Below the pieces are notes generated by a model that did not search any database, was not told the origin of the DNA, and saw only the letters and a list, made by a program, of their open reading frames with translations. Shown piece by piece: positions 1-14,979 of a stretch of 64,000 nucleotides of DNA; position 1 is the stretch's first letter, and every line of letters begins with the position of its first letter. The DNA comes from Octopus vulgaris (taxonomy: Eukaryota), in the NCBI GenBank assembly GCA_951406725.2, contig OX597814.1:69068001-69132000 (forward strand), read 5' to 3'. Both the position numbers and the translations under genes were made by a program.

Positions 1-170
1 ACATACATAAAACAAGACATACAAATCTGCACGCATACATACATAAAAAATATCCTGTTGTTGTTGTTGAAATTCCAATGAAAGAGCCTTAGATCTAGGT
101 TAGAAACCTGCTCTTTCTCTATTGGCTAGAAATCTTGAAATAAAACTGAATAATGACATACATACATACA

Positions 171-204
<34 letters not shown>

Positions 205-1539
205 CATACATACATAGTGAATGCTCTTTCTTCATTGTTGATTGCCGTTTTCTTGTGCTTCCTCGTTATCTAGAGTATTTCCGAGTTTCCATCCATGACC
301 TCACAAATGACTATTCAGTCCCGCTGTAGATCTGCATTGTCTGAAAAATAGCCGACTGACGAAAGTTATAACTTACTTTGTGCTTCCAACTGGTTAGGTC
401 TGCACACATCGCCACTCTTCAATCGCCGCAATACTTACTGTTGACGGAATAACAAATGAATTCACCATAAAGAGACATTTGTACATCATTGGATTGTAAT
501 GAAAAATGTTTCTATAACACCAGAGCTCCTCTCTGAGTTTCCATCATTAATACCTACTGGCAAACCAAAACAAAACGACTGATAATCACTTGAAACATCA
601 GGTTTTACCTCAAAGTGACCGTCTCCTAGAAGGATGCTGTGAAAGTAGCTATGGATCCCTCTCCTCCCAGTGATTTTACCGCGTGTCCTGAAACCAACCA
701 AGGATATTACTGCGTCCCCGCGCTCAGATGAATTGTAATCACATATGTTAGTTAGCTGGGCCCCTGACCGAGTCAGAGTAGACTTGGGAACACTAGTGAC
801 TAAGAGGTGGTTCCATAACACTACTCAACATCCTGGAATTCACGAATCAGAGCTCCATTACACGCACGATGCATGCATGCATACATAGACAGACATATAA
901 ATAGACAGACATTCATATCTGCATACATTGTGGCTGTCGACTCGCTAAATGAGTATGACTATTAGCGACAAATTATCATGTTTCTGGGTCTTGTTTGTTT
1001 TCCCAGTGACCATGGAAAGCCAGTAACCAACCTGCATTTTTTGTTGCAGATGCAACATTCATTTTCATGAGTTGCACTTGGGTGTTCATTCTGGACAGAA
1101 CCCAGATTGTATACTTTCATGTGCCTTGTGAGTCCAGATCAGTTGGGAAATTCCCTAATACATAGACAACAAAATGGATTAGCTGCTAGAAATTAGTTGT
1201 ATTCAATCTGAGGCTTTCAGCGTATTTGCATAGGTGCCTTGTGAGGCCAGCTCTGAAGAGACAAACGCGTCCGAATTCATCACATTCAAAATGCAAGACT
1301 TTTCAAGTTCCAAATGTGAATTTGTCTGTGTTAACTACATCCCAAAGATGAAGCCTTGTATCTTTAGAAACATCTCCCTCCTCAATGGAAGATTTAAAAT
1401 AATTAAAGAATTGAAGAGACATACATACATGCATACAAGATGGTACTGTCAGCATCAGACATATAGGCGTACAGGGCTATTCAAAATATATTTTTTTAAC
1501 GTTCCCTTTATGCCGACTCCTCCAGCCTGAATCAGTAAC

Positions 1540-2925
<1,386 letters not shown>

Positions 2926-5900
2926 GCCGGCTACGGCTGCTATAATGGTACGATTATAATTGTAACGGCAATGATGGCCGTCTCCCCACGAGCCAGTCAA
3001 AGCTCAAAAATGATAACATTATCGTAGCACCAAAATGTTTTTGGAAACTAAAAGGAAAACTAAATCAGTATACCAAATCGCTTGTCCTATGGTTAATCTG
3101 GAAGCGCGTCCCCCAAGGAAGAGCCAGCCTGGGATCGAAAAGTCATCAACTGGCACAAACTCTTCTCCGAATACGGACATGGGTGGTCACTTGAACGGGA
3201 ACTTCCCCAACTCGAGCCCTCGAAGTTCACCACCACAACCACGACAGAAAGAAAAATGTAAGCGGAACAAATGGACCCGAGAAGAGTATAAAGAAGTAAT
3301 ATACGCTTATTACTATGCATTAGGTAGGCCATCTCAAGAGAGGCACACCGTAAACTCTTACAGTATATGGAGAACACAGAATCAAGACAGTAGGCCCTAT
3401 TTGGACGAGAACAAATTGGCAAATGTGAGGAGGGATATCCTTAGAAATAACAGACTCACAGACAGTGAAATAAGCGCGATCAAGCACGCAACGGAAAATG
3501 ACATAAATATAAGACACAAAGGAAATGAAGAATCAGATGAACAGTATAGCCCGCCACGAGGCTTAATTGAAAGACTGCCATCTGACCAAAGTATGCAAAG
3601 GCCTGAAGATACAAGAAATTCTATTGAACCTGTTAAAGATAGCCAGGAAAATGATAAAACAACAGTAACTGAAGATCTCGCTTTTGCTGAAGAACACAGA
3701 GAGTCTATGGCAGAAATGAGGCAGAAAATCCTGAATACGCTTGAAGTTGTAAGACATACAAGTATGAATGATAGAGAACCACTTCATAAACTCTCAAATA
3801 CAAACTAAAATAAAAAACAAATCAAAATTGGCAACTATGTAACAAATGAAATAATACAAGAATTAAAACCTGATTTTACTGAGTTAAATGAAATTATTTA
3901 CGCTTCTGCTAGGGCAATTGAAACCAGATATATGCCCCCGAAAAAACAAAGAAAACCAAACCTGGGAAGAAATCAAACCTGGAGAAGTAAAATTGAAAAA
4001 GAGATTGAATTTATGAGAGGGGAAATATCAATATTAAATGAACTAATATGTGGAAATGATGTAGGATCCAGAACAGGAAGAAAGATGAAGAGAAAATTTG
4101 GATCCTCACCAAGAAAAGAACTGATATCAATAAAAGAAACGCTGAAGCAAAAAGTCCAAGCAAAAGCCCAAAGAATACGAAGATTTGAGAAGAGAAACAA
4201 GTTTACAAGCAAAATAAGCTGTTCACATCCAATGCCAAAAAGTTCTACAGAGAAATAGGGAAGGAGAAAACAACCGTTAAAGACCCCCCCCCTCCCATGG
4301 AAGAAGTTCAAAACTTTTGGTAAAGGATTTGGAGTGACAAGAAGACGTACAACATAAATGCAGACTGGATTATACAAACAGAAGGATACTACCAAAATTT
4401 ACAACAACAAGCATGGGAAGACATCACAATAGCAGACCTAAGAAAGGCACTCACAAAGGCCCATAATTGGAAATCCCCCGGTAAAGATAAGGTGCCGAAT
4501 TTCTGGCTCGCATCGCTCCCATGCGCACACGGTAAGCTAGTTCAGCTGCTCAATGGAATTATGAGAGACCCAAAGAAAACACCTGAATGGTTAGCAAGTG
4601 GTATTACTTACCCACTCCCAAAGAATAACGAAACCAACCTTCCAAAGAACTATCGGCCTATAACCTGTCTATCCACCACGTATAAAATCCTAACATCTAT
4701 CCTGGCGGAGAAAACATATGCATTCATGGAGAAGAACGATATTTACCCGATTGAACAAAAAGGGTGCCGCCGAGGCTCATACGGATGCAAAAATCAACTG
4801 CTAATTAATCGTATGATCCTTGAGAACTGTCACAACAAGCGCAGAAATCTCAGCTCCGCATGAATTGACTATAAAAAGGCCTTCGATAGTATACCGCATC
4901 CATGGATCTTGAGATCGCTGGACATCTTCAAAATTTCCCCTGTGATTTCAAGCTTCCTGAAGCACAATATGTCGTTGTGGAATACGAATCTCCAATTATA
5001 CCACTCTAATGGAGTACTTGCCTCAGAGAATATAAACATCAACTGTGGAATTTTTCAAGGTGACTCACTTTCACCTTTAATATTCCGCATAGCCCTAATA
5101 CCCCTTACAAGTGAATTAAACAGAACAGGGTATGGGTATAAAATTGCCAATAAAAAAACAAGCCATCTATTTTATATGGATGACTTAAAACTCTATGGTA
5201 AAGACGATAATGAACTTGAAGGCCTATTGCGCACTGTGAAAGCATTCAGCGATGACATCGGGATGGAGTTTGGGCTTGAGAATTATGCCAAGGCCACTTT
5301 CCAGAAAGGGAAAGTGAAGACCACAAATTCAGTCGTGCTAGATGTTGACACAGTCATAAGAGAGCTTGAGCAAGAACAAACATACAAATATTTAGGGATA
5401 AATGAAGGCTCTGGTATTCAGCATGCAAGCATGAAAGAGAAGATCAGGAAGGAATGTTATAGGAGAGTTCGTGTAGTCCTGAAATCTGAACTAAATGCAC
5501 GTAACAAGGTGTTAGCTATAAATTCCTTAGCAGTTCCAGTTGTTACTTATAGCTACAATGTGTTGAACTGGAATATGAGTGAAGTAAAGAATATAGATAG
5601 GAAAATACGCAAGCTGCTGAGTTGTAAAAGGATGCACCACCCAAAGGCAGACGTAGATCGCTTTTACCTCCCCAGAGCCCAAGGAGGTCGAGGCCTGATC
5701 CAATTTGAACTAGCAAAACAACCACAATTGGACTGGCCAAATATCTTGAAATAACGAATGACTGGATGCTAAAACTCGTGGAAAATCACGAGAGACGAAA
5801 GAAGCTTCATTCTATCATAAAGGAAAGCAAAAAAATTGCTATTGATCTCGTGCAGGATACCCAAACTGAACAATCCGAGGGAAGTACGGCAACTATTGTT

Positions 5901-6868
5901 GCAAAGAAGGTGAAAATAATGGCAACGAAAAAAGCGCACGAGCAATTGGCTGATAGGTGGGAGGAGAAACCTCTGCACGGCAAATATGTGGCCCGTAGCA
6001 AACAAGCTGATGTTGACCAGAAGCAAACCCATCAGTGGCTACGGAACTCAGAGCTAAAATCAGAGAGCGAAAGTTTCATCCTGGCTGCTCAACAGGCCAA
6101 TGTGATGAAAAATGGAGCAGACCCCAAATGCCGATTCTGCAACGATATGATTGAAACAGTGGACCACCTAATCTCTGGATGTAAAGTCTTAGCACCAGTG
6201 GAGTATAAATTAAGACATGACAGAGTCGGCCAATATCTACACTGGCTAATAAGTCGGCATTACAATATCAAAACTGCCGACAAGTGGTATAATCACCACC
6301 CTGAAGCTGTAACTGAAGGAGAAAATGTAACGATTCTGTGGGACTTTCCAGTACATACAGACCGAACCATCAAAGCCAATAAACCGGATATTGTTGTGAA
6401 AGACCAAAACAATAAAGTTTGCTTATTGATCGACATGAGCATCCCCTGTGATCATAATATCTCAGCGAAAGAGTTTGACAAGCTCAGAAAATTTAAAGAC
6501 CTGCTCATTGAAATTGAGAAAATGTGGCATCTCAAGGCGGTTACAATACCAGTGATCGTAGGAGCACTAGGAATGATCAAGAAGGGAACCGAAAATTATA
6601 TTTGAATGATCCCTGGCTTACCATCCCTGCAAGAAGTGCAAAAGATTGTCTTAACTGGTACATCACACGTATTGAGAAGAGCATTGTCGATGTGAGAACT
6701 ATTACTACCCATGTATAATAATTTTACTTTAAAAAATTTTTTTTAATGAACGAACTAGTGAGTTTAGTTTAATGGCCTACCAATGTATACTATGAGTTTC
6801 TTTGCCCTAGGAGTCGGAAGATACTCGGCAAGAAATGGAAGCAAATTTGAAAGAAGAAGAAAAAAAGA
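2926..6868 (+). mobile_element. Near full-length R4/Dong retrotransposon, inactivated by stops and frameshifts
   Basis: ORFs 3035-3808, 3932-4258, 4492-4863, 4909-5754 (GIFQGDSLSP, YMDD) and 5766-6605 (CRFC..H..C, RHD, KPDIVV..LLID) are colinear with the intact ORF at 23542; flanked by AAT/AAC runs. Confidence 0.93.
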
Positions 6869-6881
6869 TAACAATAATAAT

Positions 6882-6954
<73 letters not shown>

Positions 6955-6955
<1 letters not shown>

Positions 6956-8090
6956 GGAGAGTGGACGAACGCTGCTATGCCTCAAGGATCCCTTGAAAAG
7001 GAACTTAGCATCAAATTTTCGACCTATAACTTGTTTACCACTAATGTGGAAACTTCTGACCGGCGTCTTGACGGAAAAGTTATACAACCATCTGGAAAGT
7101 AACAATCTACTTCTAGAAGTATAGAAAGGATGCAGGAAATAAAGCGCGAGAACAAAAGATCACTAATTTGTTAAAACAGACGAAATAAGAAAATGAAGAA
7201 ATGAAACAAATTACCAGTAGGGAGTACACAAGTAGAGTATGAAAATTATTGCAGTCAGAGCTGAATTCCAAAAATCTTATTGAAGTGATAAAATCAAGAG
7301 CAGTACCCTTAATCGGATATGGAGTTGGAATTATAGACCGAACCAAATACGATATAAAGCAACTTGACAGAAAAAACTAGAAAGTTGTTCACAATGTATG
7401 GGGCCCTACACCCGAAAGCTGATATCAACCGGCTGTAATTGAGGAGAGACCAGAGTGGAGAGACCAGAGTGGAGAAACCAGAGTGGAAGAGGCTTAATAA
7501 CAGTAGAAAATGTGTACAGATGGAAGGAAAGAACTTAGTACAGTATTTACAGAGCAGCACAGAAAAGCTTCTAAAGACAGTAAATAAAAAACAAGTGATG
7601 AAGCGCGTAATAGGAGAAAAGGACAAGAATAAAATACAAAGGGAGCACGTCAGACAGGTCGAAGAGAAACTTCTGCATGGCCAATCTTGGAGAGTCACTG
7701 AAGACGTATGTGGAACAAAATCCTCAGCTTGGCTAAAAAAGGAGCCTAATTGTAGCTGCCGAATATCAAGCGATAAAAACAATCAACTTGTGGAAAAATA
7801 TATATATATATATATGGAGAGAATGTGTCAGAAAAATGTAGACCTGGTGGAAAAATATAATCCCTTAAAATTTGAAATAGGAAGAATTTGGAGCATGAGA
7901 ACAGTAAAGGCCGTGTCTATAAATAATTGGTGCGTTGGGAACAGTAAACAAAGATATAGACAAATGGCTGAAGGAGATTGGAATAGAATGCCCGGTAGAG
8001 CTCCTACAGAAAGTTTATCTGTTAGGGACAGCAAGGATTATCAGGATGGATCTAAGCACCTGAAAGACTCAACCTGTAAAGCATAACGAT
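6955..8090 (+). mobile_element. Heavily decayed R4/Dong-type copy
   Basis: [41 protein letters not shown] fragments. Confidence 0.75.
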
Positions 8091-8109
8091 GAAGCAGGGT
8101 AGCTGCATG

Positions 8110-10374
8110 AAATCTATGATAAGTTAAGAAATATAGAAGGCCAAGACGACATAAAAATAACTACAGAAATGATAAAAAAGCAGTTAAGGAAATTCCCAAA
8201 CTGGAAGAGCCCAGGACCGGGGGGAGGCCAAGGTAAGAGGGCTACATGAATGGATAGCGTAAAAGCTGGATGACTGCTTGCAGGAAAGCACAGTACCCAG
8301 GTGGATGGCAAAGGTAAAGACAGTTTTGTGCCAAGGATCCTTAGAAAGAGTAATATCGTATCCAACTTTCCACCAATAACATGTCTTCCGCTAATGTGGA
8401 AACTATTGTCAGGTGCTTTGGACAATGAACTTATAAAAAAGTGGGCTGCTATCTATTGAACAGAAAGCTGGGGGATGAAAGATCAGCTGTTAATTGATAG
8501 ACTAATTATCAGACACTGCAAGGGAAGACACACAAACCCGAGCATGGCATATACCACACCGTGGAAATGTATGGAGGGGCAGAAAACATGAGAAGCTTTA
8601 TATGGAACAGTATGAAATGTTGGAAATCTGGAGTAACAGCAGAGAATCAAGTATTAGAAGAGGTGAAAATCAAAAGAGGAATCTTCCAGGGGAGCTCTGT
8701 ATACCCTCTGATTTTTGTGCCGGGAATGACCCCCTTGAGTGAAATACTGCAGAAGACAAAGTTGGGATATGATCTGCGAAGTGGTACGGGAAAACTGAAC
8801 CACCTGCTATTCATGGATGAATTGAAATTGTTCATAAAAGTTGAGGCAGAACTGGGCAGCTTAGTCCAGTTTGTGCGGATTTTCTCAAATGATATCAAGA
8901 TGGAGTATGGACTCTCAAAATGTTCTGCAATAGTGGTGAAACGAGAAAAGCTTGGCAGGACAGAAGGTATTATGGATGCCAAGTAGTAAAATGATGAATG
9001 TAATTGAACCTCAGTCCAGTTATAAATACTTGGGAATACTTGAGGCAGATGGAATTAAACACAACAATACGAAAGAAAAAACAAAGAAGGAGTACCTGTG
9101 GCCTGTGAGAAAAATATTGGCTTCAAAGCTGAAGGCCAGAAACATAATTTCGACAATAAACTCGCGCTCATTCGTAGTAGTTCGGTATGGCGCTGAAATC
9201 CTGCAGTTGACAGAGGATGAGCTAAAGGAGTTGGACAGGAAGTCAAAAAGGCTCCTAACGATGCATGGAGTCCATCATCCACGTACAGACACTGATCGTA
9301 TATGCATGAAGAGAGCAAATTGGAGACGAGGACAGATAAGTATGGAAGACTGCGTCCGTGTCGAACTCGGGAGCTTAATGAGATACCTATCCCAAAGTAA
9401 GGAAACCTTGCTTGTGTTAGTCAGGAATGGGGGTATATTGAAAGCAGAGAAAAAAGGGGAAAACAAAGGAAGTAGTACAAAAAGGACATGAAGAGCATTA
9501 CGCAGCAAGGGACTACAGAACTAAAGTTACTGGAAAACATAGGTGGGATTGACTGAAGAAAGGAACACTGAAAAAATAGACCAATTAGACTTCCAAAAGA
9601 AAAAGAATAGTCTAAGCATAGCTTAGACGATTACCAAAAGGCTTTTGACAGTATCTCCCACACCAAACTTTGTCTATAAACTGGAGGGTTAACCTTAGGA
9701 AGGAGCAGGTGTCTCCACTGTGCCAGATTTGTAATAGAGTGGACGAAACCATAGCTCATTTCGTGAACGAATGCCCTAGACTTGCCCAAAACCACTACAA
9801 GGTGTGGCGACACGATGAGGTAACAAAAGTGTTACATTGGAAATTGTGCGAAAAGTGAAGGTGTTGTATGAGCACAAGCCGCAGAGAGTGGTGGAGACGG
9901 ATAACTGCAAAATCCTCAGGGATCTTCCAATTCAAACAGATCAGATACTAGAGCATAATAGATGAGACCTAGTGGTGGTCGATAAGATGCACCACACGTG
10001 CTATATAGTTGATTTTGCGTGTTCTTTTGACCCACGAATAATCAAGAAAGAAGGCGAAAAATAGATAAATATAACCCTCTTCAGTACGAAATAGCCCGAC
10101 TATGGAAAATGAAGAAGGTGAAGACAGTGCCAATTATTGTTGGATACTTCGGGACAGTATCAGAAGGTATCAAAAGGAATATAAAGGAAATCGGAATAGA
10201 GTACCTAGTAGAACTGTTACAAAAGGTTTGCCTCCTTGGCACGGCCAACATAATTAGGAAAGTATTAGATAATTGGGAAGAACAGATAGCATGGTACCGT
10301 CGGCTGCAGGCAGCAAGCCTACTACGCATGCAAGACTCCAGGAGTTCCAACAAAACTTGAGATAAATAGAATAA

Positions 10375-10375
<1 letters not shown>
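8110..10375 (+). mobile_element. Decayed R4/Dong-type copy (RT to RLE)
   Basis: IKRGIFQG, NHLLFMDELKLF, CQIC..ETIAHFVNECP, RHD, VPIIVGYFG. Confidence 0.85.

Positions 10376-10451
<76 letters not shown>
10376..10451 (+). repeat. (GAT)n microsatellite
   Basis: Seen directly. Confidence 0.95.
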
Positions 10452-10453
<2 letters not shown>

Positions 10454-13110
10454 CTTTATTGATAGCAATGGGTTTACATCAAGAAAAAACATTATGGACA
10501 GTACAGGACAAATCAAAGAATGTGTAAACACATATAATGTAATAAAAAAGACATTTTAACAATGTATAGTCCTCAATAGGGAGGAGACGTTCAGTGGCTG
10601 CTCATGAAAAACCCCCATATAACCACGGGTGCCCTGACTTCTGAAGCAGATGCCTTTTTCCATTTCCTCTTCTTCGATTACAGGCGTATGTTCATGGCAG
10701 GCCTGTTCACTCGCAACATTCTCGCTACTCTCGTCCCCCTTTTAGCAAAATGGCTAGAAGGTAACACTTCTCTCTCCTCTCTTATTTCCCTTTTGAAGTG
10801 AAACTTGAAGATGTTGATCATGGACTGACCAAAGGGAAAAGTGCTTGTCTTCAGCCCCTTCAATTGCGTCCAACATAAACTTCTTTTGCCATGGCACCAA
10901 GCATATGAAGACAGCCTGCCCGTTTAAAAGAAAGCGGCAGGTGATCTTCACGATGGATTCAGTTGATAGCCGGATCTGTCCACATGCAACAGCATGTGTT
11001 CGACATAAACCTACAGGTTAGCAATGCTCAGGCACTGGACGAGTGCATTCACGACAGTTTCGTCGCCTTGGGCGCATCTCGGACATGCTCGGCTGATGGC
11101 ACTTCCGTGCCCGTAGAGTTTATCTGGAACAGGCAAAGCTCCCCGGTAGATTGTTAGGCCAGGGATTTTTGGAAGTAATCTATCAGTCCCGAGCCGAAAG
11201 TTTTCCAGAAGAGAGCGACTAGCCGATCTTCCTCGACACCCAAGGTCTCTCCACGAACGTCGTCGCGCTTTACCATTACTAATACTCGATAGAGTGCTTC
11301 AATGGACTTTCCACCTATCCCAGTGTCCATCAGGGACGTGAGAAGGCAACCTTGCTGGACCGAGCGTATGATGTTGAACGGTTCTGTTGAACGGTTGCCT
11401 TGAGGACCGTCGCTAAATATAGATGGTCAACCCTATCGAAAGCTTTAGACTGATCTAAATTAATCAGGTCCCACCCGTGCCAGGTTATTTAGCCATTTTC
11501 TCTATGAAGTATCGCGTGAGCTGGAGGTTGTCATGGATGGATCTTTTCGGATGGCGCATATCTGTGCCTCCCCTACGAGATCACCGGCGACAAGCGCCAA
11601 CCTCGTAGCTGATAACTTGGCCAAAATGTTGAACTCAGCATTTAACAGAGTTATGATCCTGAAGTTATCTATACAGTCCCCTTTGTTCAGATTTTTTCTC
11701 AGCAACGTCACTGCTCCTCGGCTCACAAAACTGAGAATTCTTCCATTCTGTTGCTATTTGCAGTAAATGTTTGCCACGAGGTCACTGAATAAATCTGGCA
11801 TACAAACGTAAAGCTCGTAGCGCAAAACATCCAAACCAGGCGATTTACCACTCGTGCAGTTAATCATTGCTTCCCACATTTCAAAGGCTGTCAACGGCTT
11901 TTCGCAGCGCCTCGCCTCCGTCGCCGAGAGCCGCGGCAGCCCGTCGAGGTCGGACGTGAAATCCATCTTGTGACGCGGCTCATCTCTACTCCGGAATAGT
12001 TGAGCTAAACACCACTGAAAGGCCACAGATATCTGTCTAGATCAGTTATCATTTGCCCGTCGTGGTCGGGCAAGGATCGGACCGTGAATTTATTACCACG
12101 CCGTGCCTATTCCACTTGGGTCCAATGAACTGTTTTCGTCCCTTCGTGTCTAAGAGCACAGGTCTTAGCTCTGACAACGCAACCTTCGTGTTTCGCGTTG
12201 AAGAATTGGTCGAGTGCCAATCTCGATGCGAACACGTCGCGATGCCTTTTCTAAAAGCCTCGGCAAACGTTCTCATTAGCTCTACCTCTACTCTGTTTCT
12301 TTCTACTGCTAGTCTTTTTCTAAACATTATCGATTCTATTCTAATTGCCCTTTTTTAGGCGAACCACCATTTATTGTTGCCGATTGCCCCTTTCAACGTC
12401 CGCTTAACTAATTCACTAATCTGGTCTCTGAAAACTTTGCGTGTTGGCAAGGACGCGTTCAATTTCCAGTAACCGGATTCCTGTCTATGAAGCCTATTTA
12501 AGTCAACTTTACAGATCACAAATTTGTGGTCTGTGTAGTCGATTACTTTAAATTGTGTACAGCCTATGCTATCCTTATCAGCTCCTCTACAGATACAATC
12601 TGGATGACCCGATGCAGTTTGGCCAGGTCCACACTGGCACATCAAGGAAATCCAGTCGATACTTGTCAGACAGTTAGAATCGTCAGATCAGGTTTACGAG
12701 GCTTTTGAACCCTCCTCCTCTGTCTACTAACCCTACACAGTCCTACCGTACATCTAAAACTCCGTTCCAATCTTCCACAAACAGTAGAAAGCGGGACGTT
12801 CCCAGGAAAGTTTCCAGATGTCTGAAGAGATCTGGTCGTCCTGCCCCTCTCAGGGCATAGATAGTAACTAGCCTGAATGTATGTCCTTCGTTGTCGGTCA
12901 CGTCCAGCACCACCAACTTACTTTCAGAATCCAGGAAGATCGTCCGTATCGCGAGATCTAAATTTTTCCAAAACATCACGGCAACTCCGTCTCCTGCTCC
13001 CGAAAATGAGTTGGAAGTCCGTGACTCGGAAATTCTGGTTTCACTAATGGCCACCACATTGACATTTAGTGCTATGAGGTCGTTGAGCAGGTGATCCGCT
13101 TCCAAGGCGA
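10452..13110 (-). mobile_element. Decayed L1/Tx1-clade LINE ORF2 (APE endonuclease + RT fragments)
   Basis: VVAISETR, GVAVMF, LVTIYA, EDWNGVLD (APE); TDHK, YWKLNASL, KSPGLD..YELY, FRIITLLNAEFNILAK (RT N-terminal region). Confidence 0.8.
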
Positions 13111-13835
13111 TCTTTCCTCCTTGTAATTCTGTCTTGATAGTTCCTATCCGCATTGCATCCTTTTTATGCACCACATTGTTTCCCCATAAACCGCTCCAGA
13201 ACTCCTTAGCTTGATTTGCATCAGGAGCAACATTTTCTCCATTGTCTCCTAATGTTCTGAAGAATTGCTTCGGGTTATTTTTGAGCAATCTGTTCTCATC
13301 GAAATCCTTATTTCTGTTCACAAATCTTCTGATCTTCTGGCTTTCTGCCATGCTCCTCTGTTTTAACTGCTCTATCACCCGTTCTTCCGTATCTTATATT
13401 TGTTCTCTAATTTTTCTCAGTCGGTCTTTTTCCCATTTTTCCAGTTTCCCCTTAACCATTGCTCAATTTTTCCTAGATCTTGCATTGCCCGCATTATGTT
13501 CCTTCAATGCGTCGTTTCCACCATGGTTCTTTTGCTCCGCCATTTTTTGTTTTCTTAAGTTGTAATTTCTCCTCAGCAAGCAGTGCAATATCTCGGAGAA
13601 GATTCCTTGTTTGTGTTATGTCCTGCGTCTGGATGTATGGTATGACAGTATTTATCCTTTGTATTACTTTATTTATTATACTCCTATCTACCCTTCTCAT
13701 ATTCACGGGGAGTTTTCCTTCTGGAGCATTCATCAACTCGGTGAGTCGTCTTTGAATTTCAATCAATTCATTATATAGTTGGTTCATTTCCTCTGCATGT
13801 CCACCCACCACAGTATCAGGGTCCACTGTATAACG
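13111..13835 (-). mobile_element. R4/Dong-type N-terminal fragment, inverted relative to the adjoining 3' piece
   Basis: KEPWWKRRIE, QKIRRF..ENRLLKNNPKQFFRTL, AKEFWSGLWG are homologous to the pre-RT region of the intact ORF. Confidence 0.75.
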
Positions 13836-13849
13836 TTCTTGTTCCTCAT

Positions 13850-14340
13850 ATGAGCGAGTACCAAGTCAAGTTATGCAGGAGGATGGAAAAGTAACGATAC
13901 TCTGGAACTATGATTTTCACACGCATTGTGTAATCGAACAATTTCTACCGGATATTGTTATATTGAATAAGAGAGACAAATACTGTCAATTCATTGATGT
14001 AGCCATACCAAATGACATGAATGTTGTGAGTAAAGCGGTTGAAAAAAATCACCAAGTACTCCGAATTGAAAGTGGAAATGCAAGGCTGTATGGAATGCGA
14101 GGGGGTAATGTAAAAGTGATACCAGTGGTGATTGGAGCGTTGGGTTCAATCCCATTGAAATTTTAAGACTTCTTAAGGCAACTGAAAATCCCATGCAAGA
14201 TTGATGTCTTGCAAAAATCAACTTTATTGGGCACAGCTCACATCTTGAGGAAAGTATTATCTGTCTGAGGGCCTTGTTGTGACTTGATAGATAACTAAAG
14301 ACTCCGGTGCATTTTTACCTACACTGTGTTACGAAGGAAT
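13850..14340 (+). mobile_element. R4/Dong-type RLE domain and 3' end
   Basis: VTILWNYDFHT..PDIVIL..FIDVAIP, VIPVVIGALG; followed by (AAT)n. Confidence 0.85.
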
Positions 14341-14354
14341 GATAATAATAATAA

Positions 14355-14392
<38 letters not shown>

Positions 14393-14401
14393 CAACAACA
14401 A

Positions 14402-14948
14402 CACACACTAGATAAAGCCAACATCACACTAGATAAAACCAATGAAATCAGAGAGTTAGACCAAAGCCAGACTTACAAATATTTAGGAATCCATCAACTA
14501 GATATGATACAACACACACAAATGAAAGAGAAAATAAAGAAAGAATACCATAGACGAATTAGATCAATAATAAAAACAGAGCTCAATGTTAAAAACAAGA
14601 TAATAGGTATTAACACTTTAACCGTTCCAGTTATAAGTTACAGCTACAATATCCTTAACTGGACACTAAATGAACTAACCAAAATTGACAGGAAAACAAG
14701 AAAAATAATGACAGGATCTAGGATGCACCACCCAAAATCTGACATAGAAAGGCTATATACACAACGTATAGAAGGTGGTAGAGGCCTTATACAGCTGGAA
14801 ACTATTATAAAATAACCACCATAGGACTGCAAAAATACCTACTTCAGAAGCAAGGAAAACTAATACAAAACACGAGCAAAACAAAAAACAGTTCTAAGTA
14901 TTTAAGGAAGCTGACAAATACAAACAAGAAATCATACTACCTAACAAA

Positions 14949-14979
<31 letters not shown>

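Noticed and set aside
486-1400. ORFs at the window start
   Set aside because: No recognisable motifs; probably old LINE debris that I cannot assign
12743-13378. 211-aa ORF apparently fusing an R4 N-terminal region to an APE endonuclease
   Set aside because: Chance in-frame junction of two different decayed elements
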